Positions 8,000 through 16,567 of a stretch of 40,710 nt of DNA are shown here, one piece after another. Each line of letters opens with the position of its first letter. Within the stretch, counting starts at the first letter, position 1. The translations under genes and the position numbers were made by a program. The stretch is taken from assembly GCA_964619795.1 (NCBI GenBank), contig CAZUFS010000001.1, positions 1 to 40,710 of the forward strand, read 5' to 3'. The DNA is from Candidatus Woesearchaeota archaeon. GTDB lineage: Archaea > Nanobdellota > Nanobdellia > UBA10117 > ARS21. The notes under the pieces were generated by a model. It was not told where the DNA came from, did no database searches, and saw nothing but the letters and a program-made list of their open reading frames with translations.

Positions 8000-9415
8000 T
8001 TAGTAACTCTTTCCAAAATAGTGTTGATGAGTTGCAGGTTTTCCAGTCAGAATACAAAAATTAGTTCCTATTGCAAATTCTCCAGTAATACTTTTAGCAC
8101 CCGTTTTCTTCTTAATTTCATCTTCAACTTTTGGTGATCCGCACCAATATGCTCTTGCAATTTTGCCATTAGAGACTACTTTTTTCAAATCTTTAATTGA
8201 ACCAACATCAACAATAGCTTCTGATAATTTTTCTTTAGAACGATTAAGCAAATCACTTTGCATTTGTTTCAATATATTTTGAATTTCTGCATCTAATTTT
8301 GTAAGTTTAACCGTTTTCTTTTCATTTGTATCTCTTCTGACCACAACTGCCTGTCTTTTTGCGACATCTCTCGGACCTATTTCAACACGAACCGGAATTC
8401 CTTTTATTTCCCATTCATTATATTTCCATCCTGAAGAATAACCTTCTCGGTCATCGAGTATTGGATTATATTTTTTCAAGATTTTATATTTAAGTTCATT
8501 TGTAATTTTGACAACTTTTTCTTTATCTTTCTTGAAAATAATTGGAATAATAACCACTTTGTTTTCTGCCATTTTTGGAGGAATTACTAATCCTCGATCA
8601 TCCCCATGTGTAGCAAGCAAAATACCTAAACTTCTAGTTGAAAATCCCCACGATGTCTGATATGCAAATTGTTTTTTTGTATTTTGATCTAAGAACGATA
8701 TTCCAAATGATTTAGAAAAATTCTGGCCTAAATAATGAGATGTTGCTGCTTGAATTGCTTTGCCGTCCGGCATAAGTGCCTCAACGCTCAAAGTATACTC
8801 TGCACCGGCGAATGCTTCTTTTTTAGACTTTATTCCGACCAAAACTGGAACCGCATATACTTTTTCAAATAGATCTTTATAGAATATCAAAATCTTTTGA
8901 ACTTCGGCTTCAGCTTCCTCTCTTGTTGCAAATACAGAATGTCCTTCTTGCCAAAGAAATTCTCTGGTTCTTAGAAAGGGCGTTGGATGTTTGAATTCCC
9001 ATCTTACAATATTGGCCCACTGATTATATCTAAGAGGCAGGTCTTTCCAAGAACGAATCCATTTCGAATATGAATCATATATTATTGTTTCAGACGTTGG
9101 TCGAAGCGCAAGTCTTTCTTTTAGTTTACTTTTTCCGCCGTGAGTCACCCATGCTACTTCAGGAGCAAACCCTTCAATATGCTTTGCTTCTTTTACCAAT
9201 AGTCTTTCTGGAATGAGCATTGGAAAATAGACATTTCGAACTCCGTCTTTTTTTATTTTTTTATCAAAATATTTTTTGGCATTTTCCCATAGTGAATAGC
9301 CGTTTGGTTTCATGACCATGGTCCCAGAAACAGGTCCATAATCCACTATGTCTGCTTTCTGTATGACTTCAGTATACCATTTTGAAAAGTTGGATTTCTT
9401 ATTCTTCAGGGCCAT
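8000..9415 (-). CDS. proS: prolyl-tRNA synthetase (archaeal/eukaryal type)
   Basis: Class IIa motifs (FRTREFLWQEGH, SWGFSTR). The C-terminal domain ends in ..GKSY. 471 aa. Confidence 0.85.
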   Translation of the reverse strand: MALKNKKSNFSKWYTEVIQKADIVDYGPVSGTMVMKPNGYSLWENAKKYFDKKIKKDGVRNVYFPMLIPERLLVKEAKHIEGFAPEVAWVTHGGKSKLKERLALRPTSETIIYDSYSKWIRSWKDLPLRYNQWANIVRWEFKHPTPFLRTREFLWQEGHSVFATREEAEAEVQKILIFYKDLFEKVYAVPVLVGIKSKKEAFAGAEYTLSVEALMPDGKAIQAATSHYLGQNFSKSFGISFLDQNTKKQFAYQTSWGFSTRSLGILLATHGDDRGLVIPPKMAENKVVIIPIIFKKDKEKVVKITNELKYKILKKYNPILDDREGYSSGWKYNEWEIKGIPVRVEIGPRDVAKRQAVVVRRDTNEKKTVKLTKLDAEIQNILKQMQSDLLNRSKEKLSEAIVDVGSIKDLKKVVSNGKIARAYWCGSPKVEDEIKKKTGAKSITGEFAIGTNFCILTGKPATHQHYFGKSY

Positions 9416-9433
9416 GTATACTAGTTCATACAG

Positions 9434-9445
9434 AATTTAATAAAT
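9434..9445. promoter_or_regulatory. single central AT-rich TATA-like element shared by divergent proS and mre11
   Basis: AATTTAATAAAT lies in a 50-bp gap. It is centred about 25 nt from the proS ATG (9415) and about 26 nt from the mre11 ATG (9466). Confidence 0.4.
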
Positions 9446-9465
9446 GCTGTGATTTCTAGTCTAGC

Positions 9466-10683
9466 ATGAAGATAGCTGTAATCGGAGATACGCATTTTGG
9501 TTTCGATCACTACGGAAAAAGACAAGACGATGCTTTGAGAAATGCCAAAGAGGCTTTTGAATTGGCGCTTTCTGAAAAAGTTGATTTCATAATCCAAACG
9601 GGTGATGTTTTTGACGAACGGTTGCCGAAACCGGAGGTAGTTAGTCCCGTAATTAAACTAATGAAAAATATTTTGGGTCGGTCAAAAAAAATTAAACTTG
9701 TTAGACGAGTTTCCGCAGATGGCGAAGAATTAGTTACTTCTGAAATTCCGCCAGTATTGATGATTTATGGAGATCACGATAGACGTCCCAAGGAATATAT
9801 TAATCCCGTTCAAATTTTGCATAATGCTGGATTAATTTATTGTCTAAATAGAGAGACGGTTGTTTTAGAAAAGGATAATACGCGAATTGCAATTCATGGT
9901 TTCTCAAATGTTCCACATCAATATGCGCGAGAGGTGTTAAAAAAACATAACTTCCAAACAATTCCGAATATGAAAAACATTTTGGTAATACATCAAAATT
10001 TTCAAGAATTGTTACCCAATCAACCTCCTGAAATTATGAATTATTCTGACTTACCTGATAAAATAGACGCACATATCTTAGGTCATATTCATTGGAGACA
10101 AGAAGATAAACATCCATCTTCGAAAAGTCCAATCTTACTTCCCGGTTCAACAGTCCAGACTCAAATGAAAAAAATTGAAAGTAAAATCTCCAAAGGGATT
10201 TATATTTTAGACATTGGTGAAAAAATTAATTATAGATTTTTGGATCTAAAAAAACCTCGGAAATTGTATCATGAAACACTTAAAATTGATGGCGATAAAC
10301 CTTCGGAAATAAATACAAAAATTCAAGAAATAGTTAATAAAATTCTTGATTACCACAATCATGAATTAATTCCGATGATTCGAATAGTTTTAACTGGAGT
10401 TTTACATGACGGATTCATCCCCTCAGACATTTCCATGAAAAGTTTGTTAAAAAAATATGAGTCTCGTGCGATAATTAATATTGGAAAATCTAAATTAGTA
10501 TCTAAAAAATTAAATGAAAAATCTAAATTAATTCATGATTTGAAAAATAAGAAAATATCAATTGAAGATTTGGGTTTGAAAATTCTTGGTGAAAAATTAA
10601 ACATTAAAAAATTGGATAAACTCGAATCTATTTTCGCTGCATTGAAGGGTGGCGAACTTAGCAAAGCCGAAGAAATACTATGA
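9466..10683 (+). CDS. mre11: Mre11 DNA double-strand-break repair nuclease
   Basis: Calcineurin-like phosphoesterase motifs IGDTHFG, GDVFD, GDHD and GHIH. Overlaps rad50 through an ATGA junction. Confidence 0.85.
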   Translation: MKIAVIGDTHFGFDHYGKRQDDALRNAKEAFELALSEKVDFIIQTGDVFDERLPKPEVVSPVIKLMKNILGRSKKIKLVRRVSADGEELVTSEIPPVLMIYGDHDRRPKEYINPVQILHNAGLIYCLNRETVVLEKDNTRIAIHGFSNVPHQYAREVLKKHNFQTIPNMKNILVIHQNFQELLPNQPPEIMNYSDLPDKIDAHILGHIHWRQEDKHPSSKSPILLPGSTVQTQMKKIESKISKGIYILDIGEKINYRFLDLKKPRKLYHETLKIDGDKPSEINTKIQEIVNKILDYHNHELIPMIRIVLTGVLHDGFIPSDISMKSLLKKYESRAIINIGKSKLVSKKLNEKSKLIHDLKNKKISIEDLGLKILGEKLNIKKLDKLESIFAALKGGELSKAEEIL

Positions 10684-12965
10684 TAACTAAAATTGAATTA
10701 ATGAATTGGAAGAAACATGGAGAACTGTCACTTGAGTTTAATAAAGGTTCAAATATTTTAATTGGTAATATGGGTACGGGTAAGACTTCCATTCTTCAAG
10801 CCATAACTTATTGTTTATTTGGTACGTTCAATGAATTAAAAAAACGAGATTTAAAAATTAATGATTTAATTAAAAAGGGTGAAACATTATCTGAAGTAAA
10901 ATTAACCTTGAAATCTGATGGTGAAACTTTCTTAATTTCAAGAAAAGTAGAATATGATAAACCGAGTGAGGCAACTATCCGAAATAACAAAGGCGATTTA
11001 TTAGCTGGTCCAAATCCTACTGCAGTAAATGATTATATTATTGATAGACTAAAAATTACAGAAGAAGTTTTTCTAAGAACAATTTATTCTGTTCAAAATG
11101 AAGCAGACATATTGTTAAGAATTGGTCCGGCTGAAAGAAAAAAACAAATTGATGAATTAATGAATCTAAATCAATTTGAAATTGTTAGAAAGAATTGTGT
11201 ATCTCTTTCAAATAAATTAACCGAACGTAAAAAGGGTATGCTTTCAATTTTAGATCAAGAAAATGTTGAATTATTAAAAAAGCATAATATTAATCTTGAA
11301 AAAGAAATGCTAAAATTAGATTTAGATGTAAAAACTTTATCAAAAAATTTACCTCAATTAGAAAAAGAAGAATTGGAAGAAAGGAATAAACTTGAAAAAA
11401 TATCTTTAATGAATTCTAGAAAAAATCAATTACTTCAAAGAAAAGAATTTCTTGGTAAGAAATTAGACGAAATGAATCTTAAAATTGCAGGTCAAAATAT
11501 TTACAAAACTGAAGAAGATATAAATAAATTAATTGATTCATTAAAAATAAAAATATCTTCTATCCGGGACGAGGTTAAACAAGTAAAAGATTCCAGAGAA
11601 AATTTTAATCAAGATTTGATTGTTATCGAAAAAAAACGAGGAGTCATAGAGTCTAACATCGATTCAATTACAAACGATATATCTTCATTAATCGAAATTA
11701 AAATGAAATTCAAAGATTTACAAATTCAGGATTTTAGAGATTTAGATACTCGAATTAATACAATAAAATCAACAATAAAAGAAAAAGATGAATTAAATCG
11801 AGATAATCAAGCAGAGATAAATAATATGCGAAAACATATGAGTCAACTGGAAGTAATATCTGATATTTGTCCATTGTGTAGACACGAATTATCTCAACAC
11901 ACTAAAACACAATTACTTTCTGAAAGGAAACAAGAAATTGCTAAGTTATTAATGGAGAATAATGAAATTTCAAATAAAATTCAATCAATGAAAAAAGAAG
12001 AGGAGCAATTATCTGCAGCATATGAGAATCAGCAAGAATTCTTATCTAGCTCTGAAAAAGAATCAGATTTGAATGAAACGAGAGAGAAATCCAATAGAGA
12101 ACTTCACTCACTCAATGATAAACGAAATACTATGCTAAGAAAATTAGAAGAATCTAAATTAAAAATAAACAAACTTGATTCAGAGATATCTGATAAAGGC
12201 GAATCAATTGAAAAATTAGTTGATTCTAAATCTTTAATTGCTTTAACAAATAATAAAAAAACATTTGAAATTGAATTGGGTCAATTAAATAATGAATTAG
12301 AAATTGCAGTTGCAGAAAGTGAAAATTATGAATCTGTTAGATCATCTCATGAAAAAATTTTGGAAGAATTAAATAATAATCGAGCAACAATTAAATCTTC
12401 ATCAGTAATTTTGAATGAAAAAATGAATCGAAAAAATGAAGTTTTGAAAAAGATTGAATCTCTTGAAAAATATAATACAGATATAAAAATTTTAGAATCT
12501 AAAGTTGAATTCCTTTCTAAACTTAAGAATGCATTACTTGATGCTCAAGAAGTTTTAAGGGATGAATTACTTCTTGCAGTTAATGAAGTAATGTCAAATA
12601 CTTGGATGCAAATATATCCTTATGATATTTGGAGCGGATTAAGAATTTCAACAACAAATAATGATTACACCATTCAATTGAAAGAATCAGATGGAGACTG
12701 GGTAAATGTTAGCGGATTTGCTTCAGGAGGAGAACGAATGTTGGCAAGTTTAGCTGTGAAAATATCTTTTGCAAGAGTTCTTGCTCCAAATTTAAATATG
12801 TTAATTTTAGATGAACCGACACATAATTTAGATGAAACTGCTGTTAGAAATTTCATAAATGTTTTGAACGAAAAAATATCCGAACATATTGATCAAATGT
12901 TTATTATCACTCATGATGAGCGCCTAGCAGAATCTGCAAGTAAAGTTTTGAAATTATTAAATTAA
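10680..12965 (+). CDS. rad50: Rad50 ATPase
   Basis: Walker A GNMGTGKTS, a long coiled coil with a CPLC zinc hook, signature SGGERMLASL and Walker B LILDEPT. Confidence 0.9.
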   Translation: MITKIELMNWKKHGELSLEFNKGSNILIGNMGTGKTSILQAITYCLFGTFNELKKRDLKINDLIKKGETLSEVKLTLKSDGETFLISRKVEYDKPSEATIRNNKGDLLAGPNPTAVNDYIIDRLKITEEVFLRTIYSVQNEADILLRIGPAERKKQIDELMNLNQFEIVRKNCVSLSNKLTERKKGMLSILDQENVELLKKHNINLEKEMLKLDLDVKTLSKNLPQLEKEELEERNKLEKISLMNSRKNQLLQRKEFLGKKLDEMNLKIAGQNIYKTEEDINKLIDSLKIKISSIRDEVKQVKDSRENFNQDLIVIEKKRGVIESNIDSITNDISSLIEIKMKFKDLQIQDFRDLDTRINTIKSTIKEKDELNRDNQAEINNMRKHMSQLEVISDICPLCRHELSQHTKTQLLSERKQEIAKLLMENNEISNKIQSMKKEEEQLSAAYENQQEFLSSSEKESDLNETREKSNRELHSLNDKRNTMLRKLEESKLKINKLDSEISDKGESIEKLVDSKSLIALTNNKKTFEIELGQLNNELEIAVAESENYESVRSSHEKILEELNNNRATIKSSSVILNEKMNRKNEVLKKIESLEKYNTDIKILESKVEFLSKLKNALLDAQEVLRDELLLAVNEVMSNTWMQIYPYDIWSGLRISTTNNDYTIQLKESDGDWVNVSGFASGGERMLASLAVKISFARVLAPNLNMLILDEPTHNLDETAVRNFINVLNEKISEHIDQMFIITHDERLAESASKVLKLLN

Positions 12966-12981
12966 ACTATTTGAACTTTAT

Positions 12982-14259
12982 CTATCGTTCCCATAACTCT
13001 TCGGGTAAGTTTTTATAAATTTGATCTATTTCTTTTAGATCATCGTCAAGTTCTTCCTCTTCACCAAAAATTTGAAATTCGAGTTCTGAAGCTTCAATTT
13101 GATTCAAATATTTTTTTTCCTTATATCCTAACTCGTTTCCTCTTTTTAACGAGCGGATCGGGTCTTTAATAATTCCTTGCCGCATACCGATGTGTAATAA
13201 TGTTTTTACATTATTAGATTCGGACTCATATAATTCCTTAAATTCAGCGAAGTCCCCTTCTTTTCCATGGTATTCAAACCATTCTTTAATTCCATCGAGA
13301 GTTAAACAATTTTGTACAAATTCATTTGATTTATTAGTATAATATTCTGAGTTAAATACGTGGTCTCTTGTTTCATTATCCAATATTAAAATAGGGTTTC
13401 TCAAAGGCGAACTTATGATACTATTATAGTTTTTCCTAGAATATCTTGAAAGTAAGTCAATTAAATTTAATGCGGGTTCAACAAAGTTATCTCCTTCTTC
13501 TGAATTAAAGTTATTGAAATGAACATCATAATAATCTCTTGTATCCTGAATTGGAGATGATTGGTCGATCATATTACCTCTTGATTTAAACGCTGCTTTT
13601 AACTCTCCGTCTAACAATAAGTATATTTCATTTTTTGAAAAAGCAAACATTGTATCTCCTTCTTTATAAATTCCGAAGCTATCCTTGTTTGTTGTAAACC
13701 CCTCACTAATATTGTTAGAATTTAGTCTAATTGATGAGTAAGGATATATGCTTTCATCAATTTCATTGAAATCTTTAATATGTATACCTGTTTCATATCG
13801 TATATTACGTAAAACTGTGTCTAAATCTAATGCATTCTTTATTACGGCTCTTTTTGTAAGCTCATTTAAACGCTCTGTATTTCTAGGTAGTTTTTCTTTA
13901 ATATGCTTGTAAGCTTCTGCTAATTGATTAAGGTCTCCGGACATTTTTAGCGGATTAATTGGAATTTGATTTTGAGGATTTCTAATTTTATTTTGATGAT
14001 TATTGAGCCACCAATTTTCATAGTCTAATAAAAGTTGTTCATAAACATATGTATGCTCATCATTATTTTCTTTATATTCAATTATATCTCTAATTTGTTG
14101 TTTAATATTACCATCTTTATGTCTAATAAAAAGAGATGGAGTTTCGTCCATTTTAATACTGTCTTGACTCATCACTCTCGCTAAGGGATCTTTACCAGTT
14201 CCCAAAGCATAACTCATTTGTTCCAGATTATATCTGTGTGCTGAATCTCTTACTGACAT
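12982..14259 (-). CDS. hypothetical protein (425 aa ORFan), last gene of the nurA-herA-side cluster
   Basis: Long uninterrupted ORF with its own TATA at leaderless spacing. No motif I can recognise. Confidence 0.6.
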   Translation of the reverse strand: MSVRDSAHRYNLEQMSYALGTGKDPLARVMSQDSIKMDETPSLFIRHKDGNIKQQIRDIIEYKENNDEHTYVYEQLLLDYENWWLNNHQNKIRNPQNQIPINPLKMSGDLNQLAEAYKHIKEKLPRNTERLNELTKRAVIKNALDLDTVLRNIRYETGIHIKDFNEIDESIYPYSSIRLNSNNISEGFTTNKDSFGIYKEGDTMFAFSKNEIYLLLDGELKAAFKSRGNMIDQSSPIQDTRDYYDVHFNNFNSEEGDNFVEPALNLIDLLSRYSRKNYNSIISSPLRNPILILDNETRDHVFNSEYYTNKSNEFVQNCLTLDGIKEWFEYHGKEGDFAEFKELYESESNNVKTLLHIGMRQGIIKDPIRSLKRGNELGYKEKKYLNQIEASELEFQIFGEEEELDDDLKEIDQIYKNLPEELWER

Positions 14260-14280
14260 TTTGATATTTTAATTACAAAA

Positions 14281-14291
14281 ATATAAAAAGG
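14281..14291 (-). promoter_or_regulatory. TATA-like element for the 425-aa ORFan (leaderless spacing)
   Basis: Minus-strand CCTTTTTATAT is centred 27 nt upstream of the ATG at 14259. Confidence 0.45.
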
Positions 14292-14293
14292 TT

Positions 14294-14319
14294 AAGAAAG
14301 GCGAATTTTCGCCTTTCTT
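14294..14319 (-). terminator. perfect 12+12 palindrome/hairpin directly after the PC4-like gene
   Basis: AAGAAAGGCGAA-tt-TTCGCCTTTCTT begins 1 nt after the stop codon at 14321-14323. Confidence 0.4.
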
Positions 14320-14320
14320 C

Positions 14321-14554
14321 TTATGAGTTTGCTAGTAATTCTGATACTTTCTTAAGTAATTCTGAATCAGCAGGAAGAGCAATGTTCTTTCCTCTAGCGT
14401 ATCTCTTCTCACCCTCTTCGGTGAAAAATCCTCTTGACAAGGATACGAATTCGTTTTCACCTTCGTCTGAAACTGCAACTTTTCGTGCAACCTCAACAAA
14501 GTTATTTTTTCCGAATTTAATGTCTTCGGAACTCAGTGTTTTAAATTCTACCAT
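14321..14554 (-). CDS. small PC4/YdbC-like putative ssDNA-binding protein (77 aa from the ATG, 80 aa from the GTG at 14563)
   Basis: By-eye alignment to the PC4 C-terminal domain: FGKNNFVEV / VSLSRGFF..EEGEKRY.RGKNIALP against IGKMRYVSV / [25 protein letters not shown]. Confidence 0.4.
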   Translation of the reverse strand: MVEFKTLSSEDIKFGKNNFVEVARKVAVSDEGENEFVSLSRGFFTEEGEKRYARGKNIALPADSELLKKVSELLANS

Positions 14555-14602
14555 TTTTATCACGTGTTTTAGGCAGGTGCCTAGCTTAATAACTGCTTAA
14601 CC

Positions 14603-14614
14603 GATTTATAAAAC
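14603..14614 (-). promoter_or_regulatory. TATA-like element for the PC4-like gene
   Basis: Minus-strand GTTTTATAAATC lies in the 57-nt gap after herA. Confidence 0.35.
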
Positions 14615-14620
14615 TTTTCT

Positions 14621-16087
14621 TTAGAAATCATCTGAAGACGCCAATGATGATTTTGATTCATAGAAATCAGCATAATCTTCAATATTCTTAGAGTGCGTTT
14701 CAATACTTTCTCTTTTTCTGAATTTGAAGAAGAAGGGATATTTTGCAGCTTCTCCAATTACCAGTGCCTCTCCGACTCCGAGTCCGGAGATTGCTTCTAA
14801 TTCTTCTGAACTAATCGCTTCGGCACTTTCCCGAATATGGCTCAAATCTGACGGATTTGTAATTCGCATAATAATTTGAGTATTACACTGACTCAATGCA
14901 GTGGTCGATAATTTTACAGGTCTCTGCGAAATCAAACAGATTGATGCGTGGAATTTTCTCCCTTCTCTGGCCAATGTTTCAATTATTCCTCGAGAAATTG
15001 CACTGTCTTGAGCATCTCCACTCGGGCAGAAATTGTGAGCTTCTTCAATTATCTCTACATACGGCGGGATTTGCTCTCGTCTTCTTAAATTGAAAAGTTT
15101 TTTAGAAATTAAACTCACGATTGTTTGCTTTTTCTTTAGGTCGGTAATCTTTGAGAAATCAATTATTGTCAATTGCCCTTGTTTAACTATTTCAGATTCT
15201 TGAGGGTAATTTGAAGTTGAAAAAATTTTCATCCGTTCTATTGAATTTAGCCAACCGACTAATGCTTCTTTAACCATTTCTTGAGTATCTGAGGCGATTA
15301 CCTCATCGATTAAATCTTGCATTGAAAATGATTTCTTTACTTGTCTAAGTTGATAAAGAACTTTTCCCAAATCTCTGACTTGCGCATGACTCATTACGGG
15401 CATTATAGCTTTCAAAAGCCCCGGTGATACGGTTTCAGTAGATACTCGAATTTTTTCGGCATCAATTAACTTAACTCGATCTCCGTATTTCGAATCTTTT
15501 TTGAATCCGGTGTACTCTCCGTGATTGTCAATCACAACTATTCCTATTTTTCCTTTTTTTCGAGCCAATAATTCTTCTAAAATTACAGAACAACCGTATG
15601 ACTTACCTGAACCGGACATAGCCAAAATAGCCAGATGTTTTTGGAACATATTTGTCAAATTCAATTTAGACTTTAATTCATAATTCAGAACTTCTCCAAG
15701 CTCCAATCCATTTTCATCCATACCTAAAAAATTACCTAACATTTCTTTATCGATATTTGAAACTTCTTCGCCAGGCGATGGAGGATATAAGACTCGAACA
15801 AACGAATTATTTGTAACCTCTCCAAGGCATTTTACATTTGCGACGGTGTATTCCCAATCTTTTGTTGGGAACGCAGAATCCATATTATTTCGCGATAGCT
15901 CCTGGACGGCACCGATTGATTCAAAATACTTATTCATTTTATAAACATTGGTTACTCTTCCTAAAATTAAACCGTTGTTGGATTTGACAGTAACAAATTG
16001 GTTTTTCTTAACTATATCATCAACTACGAAACTGAATTCGAAAACAGATGGTCCTTGTTCGGAAGCTATAACTTTGCCCAGCGTCAT
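14621..16087 (-). CDS. herA: HerA hexameric DNA translocase/helicase
   Basis: Walker A AMSGSGKSY, Walker B IIEEAHNF, N-terminal HAS-barrel-like region, 488 aa. Clustered with nurA, mre11 and rad50. Confidence 0.85.
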   Translation of the reverse strand: MTLGKVIASEQGPSVFEFSFVVDDIVKKNQFVTVKSNNGLILGRVTNVYKMNKYFESIGAVQELSRNNMDSAFPTKDWEYTVANVKCLGEVTNNSFVRVLYPPSPGEEVSNIDKEMLGNFLGMDENGLELGEVLNYELKSKLNLTNMFQKHLAILAMSGSGKSYGCSVILEELLARKKGKIGIVVIDNHGEYTGFKKDSKYGDRVKLIDAEKIRVSTETVSPGLLKAIMPVMSHAQVRDLGKVLYQLRQVKKSFSMQDLIDEVIASDTQEMVKEALVGWLNSIERMKIFSTSNYPQESEIVKQGQLTIIDFSKITDLKKKQTIVSLISKKLFNLRRREQIPPYVEIIEEAHNFCPSGDAQDSAISRGIIETLAREGRKFHASICLISQRPVKLSTTALSQCNTQIIMRITNPSDLSHIRESAEAISSEELEAISGLGVGEALVIGEAAKYPFFFKFRKRESIETHSKNIEDYADFYESKSSLASSDDF

Positions 16088-16105
16088 ATAAAAATTTCAC
16101 TAGCG

Positions 16106-16116
16106 ATTTTAAATAG
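16106..16116 (-). promoter_or_regulatory. TATA-like element for herA
   Basis: Minus-strand CTATTTAAAAT is centred 24 nt upstream of the ATG at 16087. Confidence 0.4.
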
Positions 16117-16118
16117 AT

Positions 16119-16370
16119 TTATTTTCTAAATCCTCTCTTGAAATCTTTTACTACACGCCGATAGTTTTTTCGATACACATATTGGAAGATAGATAAATGT
16201 AGCAGAATTCCAACAAAAATGAATGCTATTCCGACGGGAGAATATCTTTCAGAAAAAAGTGTTAAAATTCCCGATAACAGGAATATTCGCCCCATCCAAC
16301 TCATGATCAGCTGAATAAATTTTGCGCCCTTATGAAGTTTTTTAACTTCTTTTACGACCTTTACTCGCAT
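16119..16370 (-). CDS. small membrane protein (83 aa, two hydrophobic segments, basic termini)
   Basis: ORF lies between nurA and herA on the same strand. Hydrophobic core flanked by K/R-rich ends. Confidence 0.45.
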   Translation of the reverse strand: MRVKVVKEVKKLHKGAKFIQLIMSWMGRIFLLSGILTLFSERYSPVGIAFIFVGILLHLSIFQYVYRKNYRRVVKDFKRGFRK

Positions 16371-16397
16371 AATTATCTATTTCTACAGAAGTATTTA

Positions 16398-16535
16398 TTA
16401 TTTTCCTGCAGCAATTGTCAGAACATCTGCCGTTCGCAATAAAAATCCTTGAACGAATTCTTTTGTAGCTTCAGTATTAAAATATAATCCTAGAAAAATT
16501 ATGAATATTACAAACCAAAACATCTCATGTTTCAT
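16398..16535 (-). CDS. small membrane protein (45 aa), not in the ORF track
   Basis: My translation is MKHEMFWFVIFIIFLGLYFNTEATKEFVQGFLLRTADVLTIAAGK. It shares KEFVQG[FL]L with the 35-aa ORF at 20654. Confidence 0.35.
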   Translation of the reverse strand: MKHEMFWFVIFIIFLGLYFNTEATKEFVQGFLLRTADVLTIAAGK

Positions 16536-16567
16536 ATTATTAATGTAGCTAAGAATTATTTAAACAT

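Noticed and set aside
12982-14259. Possible PD-(D/E)xK nuclease motif (..GDTMFAF..LLLDGELK..) in the 425-aa ORFan
   Set aside because: A single short pattern without the expected secondary-structure context. It could easily arise by chance.
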